A DNA stretch of 64,000 nucleotides, taken from contig JAWPOC010000016.1 of assembly GCA_033345235.1 (NCBI GenBank), positions 298 to 64,297 of the forward strand, written 5' to 3'. Under the pieces are notes generated by a model. It ran no database searches. It was not told the origin of the DNA and saw only the letters and a program-made list of their open reading frames with translations. The position numbers and the translations under genes are program-made. Positions within the stretch are counted from its first letter, which is position 1; each line of letters opens with the position of its first letter. Positions 62,550-64,000 of the stretch are shown piece after piece. The stretch comes from Alphaproteobacteria bacterium (GTDB taxonomy: Bacteria > Pseudomonadota > Alphaproteobacteria > Rs-D84).

Positions 62550-62682
62550 AGTGTTTTGATGTTATCAAAGGGTTATATTCGTGTCAAATAGTTGTATAAA
62601 TTCTGGTTGCGGGTTACAAATCATCAGACCACAACACATGTTTAATAAAAAACACCCCAAAAAGGGGCGTTTTTATTAAATC

Positions 62683-62759
<77 letters not shown>

Positions 62760-62906
62760 ATGACGTGTGCAGATTATATTATATTTTTGTCAATAGTCAA
62801 TAAAAAAATTATTTTAGGACTTTTTTGATTTTTATCCCAAGGTCTGCCTTGAATTATCTTTTTTTTATTGCTAAAATTTCACAGAATTTTACAAGGATTT
62901 GTTGCT

Positions 62907-63686
62907 GTGAATAATAAAAAGTTTAGAAAATTATGGAAAAAATTTTGGGAACCTATCTTGGGACTGGGCGTAGTTCAATGGATTGTCGCAGTCTTGATGT
63001 CTATCCCAATTTGGTTTGTGTATTTTACTTCGATAAAAAAAGTTACAAATATTGAAACTTTTTATAAATATCGTAAAAAGCCTGCTATATTCGTTGTTTG
63101 GCATGGACGTAGTATGATGTTTAGTCCCTTGGTTTGTTTGGGGGGAATGCATGCCTATGCAATCGCCAGCCAACACAAAGATGGACGTATGATGGCAAAA
63201 ATACAACATTTGTTCGGATTGCGCGCAATTTATGGGTCTTCTCATAAAGGTGGGGTTTCTGTGTTGCGCGAAGGATTACGTGTATTGGCCAAAGGTGATC
63301 ATGCAATTTGTATGTCCCCAGATGGGCCAGGTGGGCCTTCGTTGCGATTGAAAGATGGGGCAATGTATTTTGCAAAAATGTCCGGGGCACCAATTATTCC
63401 TGTGTGTTATTCTTGTTCAAAACCATGGTTCCAAGATAGATGGGATAGATATTTAGTCGCGTTGCCTTTCTCTAGGTTGTCTTGTAATATTGGTAATCCA
63501 TTCTTTGTGCCAAGAAACGCGTCACCAAAAGAATTTGAAAAAATTCGCAAAAATATAGAAGATTTTATGGTTCAACAAATGCGTGAATTAGATGCTGAAT
63601 TTAACCTAAGGGAAATCGAACAGGATTTGACCTCACACGATTTCAAAAAAGCAAAGCGTGAACGTAAACAAAAAAACAAAAAATAA
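62907..63686 (+). CDS. DUF374 lysophospholipid/lipid A acyltransferase (LpxJ-like)
   Basis: WHGR, S.H.DG, GSS..GG, PDGP.GP, WDR...LPF; next to lpxK. Start uncertain (GTG 62907 or TTG 62868). Confidence 0.85.
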   Translation: MNNKKFRKLWKKFWEPILGLGVVQWIVAVLMSIPIWFVYFTSIKKVTNIETFYKYRKKPAIFVVWHGRSMMFSPLVCLGGMHAYAIASQHKDGRMMAKIQHLFGLRAIYGSSHKGGVSVLREGLRVLAKGDHAICMSPDGPGGPSLRLKDGAMYFAKMSGAPIIPVCYSCSKPWFQDRWDRYLVALPFSRLSCNIGNPFFVPRNASPKEFEKIRKNIEDFMVQQMRELDAEFNLREIEQDLTSHDFKKAKRERKQKNKK

Positions 63687-63695
63687 AGGTGTTTT

Positions 63696-64000
63696 ATGAA
63701 AACTCCACGTTGGTTTTTACATAGAAATTTTATCTCTATTTTATTAGTGCCGTTTTCTTGGGTGTATTATTTTGTTAGCTGTATTGTTTTTAATGTCAGA
63801 AAACGTAAGCAAATCTCATCAAACAGACCAATTATTTGTGTCGGAAATATCTTGGCTGGTGGGGTCGGAAAAACGCCAATTGTACGTGAAATAGCGACTT
63901 TTTTTGATGCGCCTGTGGTAATGCGCGGATATAAAAAATCTGTTCAAACAGGAAATGTTGGTGACGAAGCGACTATGCTGGCAAATGCAGGCTTGGGTGT
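63696..64000 (+). CDS. lpxK: tetraacyldisaccharide 4'-kinase (partial; not in ORF track)
   Basis: MKTP.W, PIICVGNILAGGVGKTP, RGY, GDEA. Confidence 0.93.
   Translation, partial: MKTPRWFLHRNFISILLVPFSWVYYFVSCIVFNVRKRKQISSNRPIICVGNILAGGVGKTPIVREIATFFDAPVVMRGYKKSVQTGNVGDEATMLANAGLG

Overview
Chromosomal window of an AT-rich, apparently small-genome Alphaproteobacterium. The gene set and a Cys-rich secreted-protein expansion suggest an uncultured gut lineage such as Rs-D84; this is inference. Most of it is housekeeping: gpsA, rsmG-parA-parB, pal, infC, mreB, rnpA, accBC, mnmG-fabG-fabD, queH-metG, recF, a split MacAB-TolC, ileS, der, rpmI-rplT-pheS-pheT, mreCD-mrdA-rodA-topA-dnaG, ychF, rpmJ, an isolated virB3-virB4 pair, lrgAB, an ABC-F gene, lpxK and 4 tRNAs. 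The most striking signal is four promoter-driven structured RNA leaders on the minus strand (about 396-615, 10982-11192, 15113-15286, 15364-15537). They have the architecture of phage P1 C4 / P4 CI antisense-immunity RNAs, and each carries its own covarying pair of recognition sequences. There is no prophage: two leaders head paralogous Cys-rich secreted-protein genes and two sit in tandem ahead of a small HTH gene. Other signals are leader-peptide attenuators on ileS (MKQQIIIIIK) and metG (MRMQF), a candidate oriC of variant TTWTYAACA boxes, a structured tRNA-Cys-linked repeat, stereotyped CCGG terminators, frequent 16-bp promoter spacers, an M48 peptidase/ABC1 kinase fusion, and orphan proteins sharing a Q/N-rich basic C-terminal tail.
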